Program-made: the position numbers and the translations under genes
DNA from: Amoebidium appalachense
Lineage: Eukaryota; Protista; Ichthyosporea
Length of the DNA stretch: 64,000 bases
Assembly: GCA_963693365.1 (NCBI GenBank)
Contig: CAVNZM010000012.1
Coordinates: 2,046,001 to 2,110,000 of the forward strand
Direction: 5' to 3'
In this document: positions 19,235 through 40,063 of the stretch, one piece after another
How positions within the stretch are numbered: the stretch's first letter is position 1
Layout: each line of letters begins with the position of its first letter
The notes under the pieces: model-generated
What the model saw: the letters and a program-made list of their open reading frames with translations, nothing else
What the model was told of the DNA's origin: nothing
Database searches by the model: none

Positions 19235-20632
19235 TCAACGCCGACGCTCGGCCAAAATTTTAGCCGACGCCTGCTGAGCATGGTCTTTCCACCTAATACC
19301 TTCGGGGGCTGAGGGAAAAGTCTTAGGCAATTTTCGGTTGGGACAGTCCCGTTTCTGATGCCCTATCCCCGTACAATGAAAACAAACTCGATCTGAAATA
19401 GGCACTACTGGTCTCTCACTACCCTGTTGGCTACCGTGCTTGCCGTTTTTCTGATAGGGAGCCGGGCGACGGGGTTGACGGTCATTTTTGGCCTTACCAC
19501 CGGCAGCCTGGAAGGCAGCCACCTGAGCCGATAAGCTAGCTATCTGAGCCTGCAGGGCAGCAATCTCCGGAGCACCAATACCACTACCGTTGTTACCTGG
19601 GGTGGAAACACTATTGACCTGCGCTTTCTTGGCCGCCTGCCGACTAGCGAAACGACCCTCGAGCTTGTTAATAATTTTTGACTGAGCCTCATCGAGCCTG
19701 CTATTTGCCTGAGCTATTTCCCACAACTGCGCATCTGCCTCAAACGTATTCCTGTATAAACTACGTTGCATTTGACCGCTGACGTCGGTGTTCAAACCAG
19801 CTAACTCCAGCAGACGGCGAAACGTGTTGGTATGTGCCGTCACTTGGCCACCAATACTGGCAGCCGTGGCATCCGACGTGGGAGTGAAACGGAGGGCCCG
19901 GATCTGTGTCTCATATGATTCACGCCGAATGTTGGTCAGCCAGTAGTTCTCGATGAAACGCAGCAGCCACTCAGACGCCGTCAGTTCGACTTCGACCTGC
20001 AGAATCTCACCCTTGCCCTTGTGCATAGGGCGAGTCGTCTTCAGTGGTGTCCGAGAAGCCAGGTGAAAGAGAGAGGCCTCCGAACGCTCCTCTCCGTCAA
20101 TGCTGAGGGCACGAACCGGCACCGTCTTCTTGTCGTTGTCAGGGTCCATGTAGTCGTCAAGGAGGGTAGCCATCTCCAACACACGAGGATCACCACTTGC
20201 CCGGTTCACACTCTGCAGAATCATGACTTGCCACTGGGCCAGGGAAGTGTCGGGGGACAGCTTGGCGATGCGATCGATGAGACGGTACCATTCAAACACG
20301 TTATCAGCCTTGGAGAGTTGAGGAAGCTTGAGCTTCTCCATCATAGCTGCAGCAGCAGCACACACTTCAGGAACCTGAGAAGCCCTGGCCGCAGGAGCGT
20401 CGTAGAACACTTCATCCATCACAATAGGGTCTTGCCACTCCATCACACAGGGGGGCAGAGCGTCGAGAAACTCTGGGTCTATCTCATCCTGCGGATCCAT
20501 AACTTGGCCGCGCCACTGGGTGAACTTGCTGACGGTGGCATCCTTGAGCTTGCCGAGGGGGCCAAAAACAAGAGCCTGGGCGAAGGTTGCACTCAGCCCG
20601 GCGACCGGCGAAAAGGGGGGTTCAGGCTCCAT
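19235..20632 (-). CDS. gag: Gag with CCHC zinc knuckle
   Basis: CFHCTGIGHQKRDC near the C-terminus; ATG at 20632, 65 nt inside the 5' LTR boundary. Confidence 0.9.
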   Translation of the reverse strand: MEPEPPFSPVAGLSATFAQALVFGPLGKLKDATVSKFTQWRGQVMDPQDEIDPEFLDALPPCVMEWQDPIVMDEVFYDAPAARASQVPEVCAAAAAMMEKLKLPQLSKADNVFEWYRLIDRIAKLSPDTSLAQWQVMILQSVNRASGDPRVLEMATLLDDYMDPDNDKKTVPVRALSIDGEERSEASLFHLASRTPLKTTRPMHKGKGEILQVEVELTASEWLLRFIENYWLTNIRRESYETQIRALRFTPTSDATAASIGGQVTAHTNTFRRLLELAGLNTDVSGQMQRSLYRNTFEADAQLWEIAQANSRLDEAQSKIINKLEGRFASRQAAKKAQVNSVSTPGNNGSGIGAPEIAALQAQIASLSAQVAAFQAAGGKAKNDRQPRRPAPYQKNGKHGSQQGSERPVVPISDRVCFHCTGIGHQKRDCPNRKLPKTFPSAPEGIRWKDHAQQASAKILAERRR

Positions 20633-20696
20633 GTTGGGGGCGAAAGCAACAGCCGAGACGGAAGTTTTGCAATATAGCAATTGGATTGGTGTAGCT

Positions 20697-21473
20697 TGTA
20701 AAGTATCCTCACGGACACTTCAGTGTAAAATGTATGTGTATGAGTGTAAACGGGGTTCACTCTGAACTGGATTTCAGAGGATCGATGCGTGCGTTTATAT
20801 ACGGATGGTCGACCCGGACAAGATTACTTGACCAATTACACAACTCCCTAGCCGACCAATCATATTACAGATTAGTACAGGGCTAGTAATTACTGTGTGT
20901 GACTACTTGGTCTCTTGCCGGTTCTAACACTCATATATAATCTTTACTGCTGCATGACTTATGACTTACACAGCCCCGAAATATACTCCAAATAAACAGG
21001 TACCAGTACTTTTCCTGTTTGTGACTTTGGTTACCAGTTACCTTTCGGAGTGCTGTCTCTCTCACATGTGTAACTGCAGGTTTACAACGACCACTCATTG
21101 CAGCTGGACTTTACCGGGATGCCCTCAACATGACTGGTCGAATATGAGACTCCCCAATCACTCACAACCTGCTTGTTAGTTATTCGTTCTCTATGGCCGC
21201 AGCATTTACGTGTTCCAATCAACACAGAAGAGGCCATAAGTGTCCACTCACGCGAGTCTCACTGTAGTTCGTTTCCAAGTAACCGAACATATGTAATTGT
21301 ATTTGATCATCCGATTGGAAAAGCAGATATAACATTTATGATTGGCTCATTCATCAGCAAACGCCGACATCTGACTGGATGAGCCGGCACCGACGAATTG
21401 TAAATAAAGCAAATAGATCTGAATAGATCTGAATCGATCGATTGACACGAATGCTCGCTGCGGAGACATAACA
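20697..21473 (-). repeat. 5' LTR
   Basis: TG...CA ends; minus-strand TATATAAA ~100 nt from its 3' end. Confidence 0.97.
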
Positions 21474-22384
21474 CCTGTCACCTGCGGGTCGTTGCTGCTG
21501 CAGGCTGCCTTCACCAGGGTGGTCACATCCACCACGGCCTTGGCCTCCACCAGCTCCCGCAGCCACTGGGCAGTCACCCCTGTGAGGGTGGACAGGGACC
21601 CGCAGGCACCCTTCCTCACCATGTCCTTGGGCCGGACCACGGTCAGATGCACACTGGATCGCCCGTCCATAAAGGTCTCGGCTGCACTCTGGGTGCGTTG
21701 GCGTATGTTCTCCATCAGCTTGAGCGCCACGGCATTCACATCACCGTTGAACACGTCCATGGGGCCTGCCGTAAACACACGACGGTTGGTGACATCGGCG
21801 TTGGGGTTGCCGTCATCCCCCACCTGGTTGTCCACACCATTGGCCTGCACGTGCAAGCTGATGATGCGTACGATGATCATGTCCCCACCTGCACATCTGC
21901 ACGGGCAATGGCATCAAACAGCATAGCTGCAAAGAACTGGGGGAACTCGGTGACGTCCATGGTGCGCAGGGGTTGGTACTCGAGGGTGTGGCCGCGTACG
22001 CCCAACCCCCTTGCCTGCATGTCATCCACCCGTGAACGCAGCTGCCAGTTGCCCTCGGCAGGCATGGCAATGATCTGGGGGTCATCTGGGTGGTTGATGG
22101 GGGCGGGGGCAGGGGGGAGGCCGGGGAGGGGGTGGGGGTGGGGGTGGTGGGCCCTGCAGGGCCTGCAGAAACGGGTTGGCTTGCAGGGCCTGCTGTGGGT
22201 CGGCATCCAGTGCCCGCAGCAGGTCCTCTATGAAACCTTCCTGGCTGTCGTCTAACATCCTGAACAGTAATCTTAGATCTTAGCCACAATGTAATTGCCA
22301 GGCAGCGCCGGCAGCAAAAACATCAATAAACAGAACGCAAAATAATGATCCTGTGCGTGCGTAAGTGCGCCACCATTGTTTACA

Positions 22385-22594
22385 CAAGGCGGCCAATAGG
22401 AAACCCAGGTTGACCGATCCGGGCGCTCATTGGCCGCCTTGGAAATGGAATGTGCTATCTTAATGTTCATTGGCCGCCTTGTGCGGCAACTGGCTTTTTG
22501 GAACCGAATTATCATTGGCCGCCTTGTGCATCCGCATTACTATTGGCCGCCTTGTACAAGGAATTCGGAATTCGAATTCTCATTGGCCGCCTTG
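22385..22594. promoter_or_regulatory. Cluster of ATTGGCCGCCTTG motifs (CCAAT-containing) upstream of pPolB
   Basis: Direct copies at 22429, 22469, 22514, 22542, 22582 and one inverted copy at 22385. Confidence 0.55.
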
Positions 22595-22848
22595 TGCACA
22601 CCGTCGCATTCCTTTGATCTCAGAACTGTGTACGTGTCGCATGTGCGCGTGCGTGCACGCGCACACATGAAACGTTTTCCCTTTAATATTTTAATTAAAT
22701 CCACGTGCTCTGCACGTGTTTATGCACACACACACAGTGTGTGCACGTGCTCCTGTACATATCCATACCCATATCCATATCCTAATCACAATATACACCC
22801 ATATCATACTGCATATCGCCATATCCCATATGCATATCTGCCATATCC

Positions 22849-22921
22849 TAAGGGGTGCGCCACCCTGCGTTAGTGACGTCACACTTTGTGACGTCACTAA
22901 CGTGGGGTGCCGCGCCCCTTA
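22849..22921. repeat. 35-bp inverted repeat hairpin (3-nt loop) at the apparent end of the viral element
   Basis: TAAGGGGTGCGCCACCCTGCGTTAGTGACGTCACA-CTT-TGTGACGTCACTAACGTGGGGTGCCGCGCCCCTTA; inner 16 bp perfect, 3 G.T pairs and 1 C.C mismatch. Confidence 0.9.
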
Positions 22922-23716
22922 ATGTAGTTATGGTCTGGTCCCAATAGCTGCTAGAGTATCCTATCTCGCGCTGAAATTCAATAAGCACATAAGCCGCTTA
23001 AAGAAGTATTTGCCCTCCCACCCTCTCTTCTCTATCCGACCTGTCCCCTCCTCACCTCTCCCCTCTTTCCTCCCCTCTCTCTCCCCTTCTCCCCTGGGCA
23101 CAAATACAAATAAACCCCGCAATAGTGTGTGTGTGACTTTGGACTGCCACTTACTTATTAAACATGTACACAATCACAAGATAATCACACAATATAACAA
23201 ATGGAAAAAGATACCACACGACACTAGACCCGATGAAAGCATACACCTTGAAAAACTAAGCCTTATGTCTCGTTTTATATATACTGACCGCCTCAACCAT
23301 ATTGCCAAATATGGCACTCGCAAATGTATAACACCTAAATACATATTACCTTCCTGTAGAACTGGTCTTTCTCTAGCTGATGGTATTATTGATCAATTAC
23401 CACGCTTTTACTGTACACGTGCTATACAGTGGAGATCTAATAAGTATAAGGTAGCATAATTTGCATGCCCAAACAACACACACACACACCAGTTTAACCG
23501 GTCATGTATCGCCAAATGTAGTTTGATAGACCACATAATACCGCAACACACACACGTCACATTCACAACAGACACCCAGAAAGATAGCCTACCTGTAAAT
23601 TACAACATCCTTGATTTTATACTAAACACGCGTAACTACGACCTGTTTATTAGATGTATTGATTGGCTTGAGAAACACATGACTACAAAATTATAGCGCA
23701 CGCGCACACACACACA

Positions 23717-23749
<33 letters not shown>

Positions 23750-23781
23750 CCAGCTGATACCGAGTGTCCCGAGGGGAGCCC

Positions 23782-23821
<40 letters not shown>

Positions 23822-25650
23822 GGGGAACCCCAACTAATTGATTTCTCCTTGTAGTCTTTATGGTGTCTCGTAGAGAAAGTAAACCCTGATATATAGTCAC
23901 CACCCGACATCTATGTACGTGATCATGATATACCGCTGTGGGGATATTCCGAGCAAACCCCCCCCCCCCCCATACCTGAGACTGGTTCTCTTTGCCTCGA
24001 GTAAACAGCGTAAACCCCCCACTAGCCCATATACATCTGATCGACTATGTATGTGTGTACACCTGCCGGCTTTCTGTTTGCGTCTCTGTTATTCGCCATA
24101 ATCAGCCATAATTACACCAAGTTAGCGAAGTTTTTTAACACATAATGTTACATTTAACCAACATAAAGCCTCCTCATACGTTTACCAAACTACCCCCGCC
24201 ACGCACTCATCATGCATATGTAGCTAGCGTATATGTAGCCTATAAAGATAAGATGATAGGGAAAGCCTTGTTAGTTACCGTACCAAAGACAAAAAAGGTG
24301 TAAACTTATGTTTTCTTACTGGCTGTACAAAAAAAAGCGGGCTCCTGGGCCCCAATAGCTCGCGGTATCCTTCCGAAACAAGTATTCCTAAAGCACTGCG
24401 ATCGGAGTACTTATGGCCGCTAATTACTCCGATCTGAGTACATATCGGATGCATCAACATTAACAACTTGTTCTCAAAAGGGCTTGCCCGTTATCATTAA
24501 TGGGTCAGTATAGTAGTGCAATTATTTATTTGCGCCATTCTTTTGTGCCTCGAGCTCGCTTACACTTCATTCGAATTCGACGCCATATGCATCACACTGT
24601 ACAGGTACATACAGGTGTACTTTGTACACAAACACTCAATCCGCCGCTAGATTTCGACTCTAGGCTGATTTACTTGCTCTGGCTACCGGGAACACCAGTC
24701 TCTTTGCTGGCTGGATTCGCTTTTAAAGAACAAGCGTCATCACCCTGGGAAGCCATACAACAGGCTTGCATATATACAGTCATTTGCCTGTCCTGTCCTT
24801 GTCTGCAGTGTCCTGCGCATGCAGGTCGCGCACTCGCAGCCTTTGCTGCTTACGGAAGCATGCATTCCGGCATTCCTAAAGTTTAATGTATTCTTCAGTG
24901 GTCTATGATAATACCTGATTTTGTCAGACATTGAAAAACCTTTAAAGGTTTAAAATACAAGCGGTTCTCATTTTAAAAAGTAAACCTAAACGTCATCTTA
25001 TTGGCTAAGAATAGCTATTACCGGATTGACACATTCCAGCGCGAATCATGTTGACTTGCGTGTGCGAACGGAGGCAACGTCATACGGTCTCACGGTGGTG
25101 GCGGTGTGCACCAGTAAGTTCATGTTCCAGCTTTCTTGTTTGCGAGTTTAGAGCGTATATTTGTCGTATGAATGTCGGAGTGTAAAGGTACTACCTTCTA
25201 TCTTTGGCAGAAAGTTAGACAACGCATGGAAATATCTAAGACAAAGAACTAAGTGTGCCTAATCGTGGTTGCACACGCTACCATCCATTACTTAGCACAT
25301 CAGATTCAACCCGGGCACCTCTTCCAGCGGTACCGGTATTAATTGTGTGAGGCCTTCTCGTGTGCTACATAAGCTAGGTTCACTTCTTCACCTTAACACT
25401 TGATTTCTTCGCATTTATGTATGATTTACACCTTTGCATCTGATGTGTACGCGCCAACCTTGTACACTTCTGCATCTGACCGCACGCTAACTACAGACAT
25501 GCATGATCGACACAGAGATGTGAACCCGGCAAGCAAACATACGCGAGCACTACACATCTAACCAAACGCCCATATAGCAGGAGTATTAGATAAGATCAGT
25601 GGAAGGCCCTCAAATAGGTTATATGGGGTATAGCCCCCATTATACTAAAA

Positions 25651-35472
<9,822 letters not shown>

Positions 35473-36224
35473 TATCCAATCAACAACATACGTTAAAAAT
35501 TATAATGCATGAATGCTATTTGCTGGTTTCTTGATATGCACGCCACATAATGAGCTGTCGACTCCCGTGGACACAAATATGCCCTGATGTTTACCTGAGA
35601 TGATAACTTACATGTATATGTATGAAGTGTGATGAGTTATTTGAAATGAATTCGATCCTTGCATACTATTTCCACAAATAACGGGCGTCTAAATGGCAGC
35701 TCACGTGGATATGCAATATCATCGGCATGCCGGCCTGTAAGAAATGTAACTTAGTAACATTTTGCAGCAAAGAACAATAGCCGCTGCGCCAATAAAATTA
35801 GAATCAACGACGAATGTTCGTGTTTGTGCAACACAGAGTGCTGCGGATTGCAAAGCCTGAGGGCCTCGAATAACTTGTGTTTTGGGTTTATATAACTAGG
35901 AGGCCTTGGTTTTGGGCGTCAGGCTGTCTTGTGGTCATTATACACACGATCTTGCAGAGCAATAAACTAAAAAGAATTCGAAATACCGGAATCCAGGTCC
36001 ATGTTTGCGAGTGAAAATCAAACTATTTCCGCATACATATTCTTTTTGTGAATGCAAAAATACAATGTCATGAGCTCTGGGATCATACAGCGGTTTCTGT
36101 ACGTGGTGTCTCTATGTATGTAAAGAACGCTTATTTCGACCTCCTTGGGGTATTAAATGAAAGCCGCCCTTAAAGGCGATTACAGTAACACCACGACTCT
36201 TGCTGCCGCACGTCCAACCCCTCC

Positions 36225-36256
<32 letters not shown>

Positions 36257-36536
36257 ACCACCACCACCACCACCACCACCACCACCACCACGGCCACCAC
36301 CACCACACACACACACACACACACACACACCTCCACCACCACCACCACTGGCACACCCACCCACACACCACCACCACCACCACCACAAAAAGGGGGGAAA
36401 AAAAAGAAAAAAAAAGGGGGAAAAAGAAAAAAAAAAAGCAGTGTATGCAGCATGCAATTGAAAATGAGCCTCTCTCACACTCTAGAACAACGTGCAGTCT
36501 GTTGGTGGCTGCAACGGAATTTTTCTTTCCACAACG

Positions 36537-37313
36537 TAGGGCTCCCTTTCCGTAAAAACGGTTTTTTAAATATCCTTATATGGCTAATCTGATCGATCCG
36601 GATTACGTAAGGTACATTCCTGGAGATTGGATATTCCGGATGTTTACCGAAATATTCACCGGATATTCACTAGTACTGAATCGATGAATGCAAGGGCACA
36701 TGACGTCACTATCGGCCACGACAGCCAATAGGATTGAAAACGTTCTAGGGAGTCCCGGAAGCAGGCTCAGAGCAGCAGGTGGCATTTACTGGGAATCTCT
36801 ATAAATCAGATATATTATGAATAAATAATAAAGATTGCCTCTCTTTATTTTTTGTGTATGATACTCTGCCGCCTCAAGTATCCCGTTTTTATTCCCGACC
36901 GAGGCTGAAAGCCGAAGGGTGGGTTGGTGAAAGGGCTGTTAGGGGAGCGGGCTGTCTCACGTGAGAGGCTAAGAAAGAGGATCTGCCAGGGACCAATCAG
37001 GGTACGGCGATCAGAATAGGAGGTAGAGCGCGGTGCGCTGTTTTACCCGTCCCCGCATGATTTTTTTAATTGGCTGCCTATTGTCGAACGATATGCGGAG
37101 TGGCTGGCGACTCCACCGCAGGTACGGCTGGACCATAATGTGGCTATGAATAGTTATAAGTCTATGGAAGGGAGCCCTACCAAGCCCTACGTGTCGTACG
37201 AGAAAACTCTGCCAAGGGGTATTTATGAATGGTCCAGATCGAATCCGGTTCAATCAGATTAGCCATATAAGGATATATATAAAAACCGTTTTTACGGAAA
37301 GCCTTGAGCCCTA
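36537..37313. mobile_element. Non-autonomous TIR element (MITE)
   Basis: ~65-bp imperfect TIRs TAGGGCTC...TTTCCGTAAAAACGGTTTTT..ATATCCTTATATGGCTAATCTGAT; no 8-bp TSD, though the flanking TA may be a TSD. Confidence 0.75.
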
Positions 37314-37619
37314 CTAGTGTCTTTCGACCCACAATGCACCTGTCAGGGATCCGATTCCGGCCCTGCCCAAGACCTGACCAATCTCAGCTTGAAGCGCCAT
37401 CAGCTCGCACTCAGATCAGTTGCCGCCAATAGTTCATGTTCACGCTCCTATATAGATTCGTTTATTCATGATATGGGATGGTTGTGTCGTATAAATATGC
37501 AAGATGATTATGTCTTGGCGTTGTAATCGGTTTTTGGTGTCTCCTGCTCGTATGTGTAACATGTGTGGGGGGCGGTTTACTCGCGGATGCATATCTATCA
37601 ATAAGTGTGACCTGTTAAT

Positions 37620-38597
37620 GGCCTGTTTGGCAACGCGGAGTTAGCGGCCATACTCCGGAGTAAGATCGATTTTGGAGTTAGGGCTAAAGCGGATTTTCTG
37701 AAATCCGCGATGCCAAACAGACGGCCCAATCTGGGCCTGTGTACGCCGGGTTTCAAACCCCTTGGACATCGCTTGTACTCCAGTTTCTATAATCCACCTC
37801 CGGAGGTGGATTATGCGCGAAATGTTCAACGCCGTGTGAAGGTCTAAACCAATGAAAATTCATGTCGTGAGACCAAAGTTTTTACATTTCTCTCTCGGCC
37901 AATTGGCGGCAGTGCAATATAGCCAAAAACAGTTAAAGTGGAAAAGACGCCACGGAAAGTCCGTTGTCACCGGCATGGCCAGCTTGCTGGTGAGTCTGCG
38001 ACAGCCCGAGCGCAGGCTGCGACACAGCCACACACAGCCGGCCACGTGTGGTAGGTCGTATAAAAACAAGCCCCCCCTCAACTATTCTTCCTCTTCGCGG
38101 CCAACTTGTAGGCAACCTTTTTTTTACCATTAGACAATCTTTTGCACATCGGTCAAGATTGTCTGAACCGACAGGATGCCTGTAGGGGGAAGCAAAGAAT
38201 GCAATTGCTGCAATTGCGGCCGAAAGGGCCATGTTTCGTGCTAAATACATAGTGGTTTTGCAACCGGAAACGTTGATGTTGTTATATATGCAAATGGTAT
38301 CATCACAGTGTATACAAATACATACATATGGGACACTGCACAGTCACTACAAAAAAAATAGTACTGAGTCCTAGGTACGATATACGTGCAAAGTATGCGC
38401 ACTCCGATCAACGTAAAACTTGCGCAATGTGACTTGATAAACTAAGCTGAAAAAAGTAGTGTCTGTTTGGCACGAGCGGTTATCTACGCCAGGTTTTGAC
38501 CTAAATCCGGATTACAAATCAGAATCTGGATACTGATTTGATACCCGGCGTATACGGTCTACGCCGGAGTTCGTAACTCCGCGTTGCCAAACAGGCC
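37620..38597. mobile_element. PIF/Harbinger-like MITE
   Basis: TIR GGCCTGTTTGGCAACGCGGAGTTA ... TAACTCCGCGTTGCCAAACAGGCC; degenerate TAA/GAA flanks. Confidence 0.75.
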
Positions 38598-38951
38598 CGA
38601 AGATTCGTTAGTATGTGGTAGAACCGGAGGTTATGGGCGGATTTATTCTCTTTTCTACTTCTCTCCCCCAGTATATCCGTTATAAAATGACCGTGTTACC
38701 TTATTAATGCTGCACAGTATGATATTGTGATGTACGGTGTCTTCTTTTACATCTTTTGTTTTATTTTCTTGATTGATTAACTCTCTACGTCATCGGATTT
38801 GGATTCCCTTTCAGTATATATACCGTTTTACATCTTTTGTTTTATTGAGGTGAGACTTTCTTGATTGATTAACTCCCTACGTCATCGGATTTGAATTCCC
38901 TTTCAGTATATATACCGTTTTACATCTTTTGTTTTATTCAGGCCCAACACC

Positions 38952-40063
38952 ATGGCCACCCAGCACGACCTCGTCCCTCTCGATGGCAAGCGGGTGCACA
39001 GTCCCGAGCAGTCCCCCCCGCCCCACCATGCCAACCGGTTTGGTGTCCTCGCTATCGAAAACTCCGACGACATCCTGGATTTTGAGTCCCAACAGGCGAG
39101 TCAGCAGGTTGTGTTGTCTACTCCATAACCTTCCATCCCAGCCACTAAGAAACCCAAGACCAACACAGACCAACTCAAGGACCCACGTGATGAAAATGCC
39201 CGCCTTCGCATCCAAGTGACTGAGCTCCTGCAGCGGGTGCAGGAACTCACCGCCACCCTGGCTCGTTTCATCGATACGCCTTCGCCTTCCTGTGAGCCTC
39301 AGCCGGTGGGGCCGGCCGCTGCGGCAGCTGCTGCGGCGTCTCCCCCTAACGGTGGTGGCCCTCGCATTCCCACCGTCATTCCGGAACGGTCGGAGATTCG
39401 CGGAGCCGCCCCCCCTGCCAATTCCATACCCGTTTCAGTTCCTATGCTGCCGCCGCTGCTCGCTCCGAGGAGGACGCACTTCGTGAGGAGGCCAACAAGG
39501 TTGGCTCGGTCAAGGGCAAGCCTGAGGCTGTTGACAGCTTTGTGGCCGCTGTCAAGCGCCTTCGCGAACGGTGCCGTCCCCGTCCTGTCAAACCCATGCC
39601 ACGTCAGGACCAAGCCCGTGCTCACTCTCCCGCTTTCAAACCCGTCTACGTCACCCTTGCTCGCGGCCCCATCTCGCAGATCAAGCAAGATTTTCGGGCA
39701 ATTCGTGTGCGTACCAGCAAAATTCGCAATTATTCCTTCATCGGCGGCCGTGTGCTTGAGCTTCTTGTTGAGGAGGACTACGAGGCTGAGTTGTGCACCA
39801 AGCTGCGCAACCTTCTGCACCTCGAAATTCTGGACTCGGCGGCTTTTCAGCCTGATGCGCTCGGTAACATTCGACAACAGAAATTTATGGACGCCGGCAA
39901 AACCGCTGTGGACATGCTTCGCGGGCGGTTGCAGAAACAGATGGCCTTTATCGAGCGGGCGGACGGATCCCCCCGCCATGTGACTGCGTCCCAGGAGGTG
40001 GCGGCTTTTTATCGTGCGTGGTTGGATCGGATTGGCGCACAGCGGACAGCTGCCGGAATTTAA
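38952..40063 (+). pseudogene. LINE ORF1 (coiled coil, SYAAAA motif), one stop and one frameshift
   Basis: MATQHDL...STP*...ENARLRIQVTELLQRVQELTATL..., then a shift to ...SYAAAARS...AAVKRLRERC...TAAGI*. Confidence 0.7.

Larger units (their letters stand above)
13621..21473 (-). mobile_element. Full-length Ty3/Gypsy chromodomain LTR retrotransposon
   Basis: 777-bp LTRs TGT...ACA at 13621-14397 and 20697-21473; 5-bp TSD CCTGT (13616-13620, 21474-21478); [12 protein letters not shown] just inside the 3' LTR; gag then PR-RT-RH-IN-chromo. Confidence 0.97.
8842..22258 (-). pseudogene. Protein-primed family B DNA polymerase (pPolB, group-2 Polinton type), ~1850 aa when reconstructed; split by the LTR element and two 1-nt frameshifts
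   Basis: Exo I LDFET, Exo II HNGSGFD, Exo III YCVKDV; FFGGRTE, DVTSLYP, KLFLNSLWGK, YMDTDS, KTY. Removing 13621-21473 plus one TSD joins ...NDPQVTG|EKELDHHQLLEIADGPSCAQLCLVYCM in frame. Probable ATG at 22258. Confidence 0.93.
1..22921. mobile_element. Endogenous Polinton/Polinton-like (adintovirus-like) dsDNA virus, right-hand part; left part lies outside the window
   Basis: Intron-less, gene-dense, GC-rich block with packaging ATPase, DJR capsid, VLTF3-like factor and protein-primed PolB. It ends in repeat motifs and a hairpin at ~22.9 kb, after which host-type microsatellite DNA begins. No integrase or adenain protease seen in the window. Right boundary approximate. Confidence 0.9.

Noticed and set aside
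23010-24931. Short ORFs right of the viral terminus
   Set aside because: No recognisable domains or coherent splice pattern.
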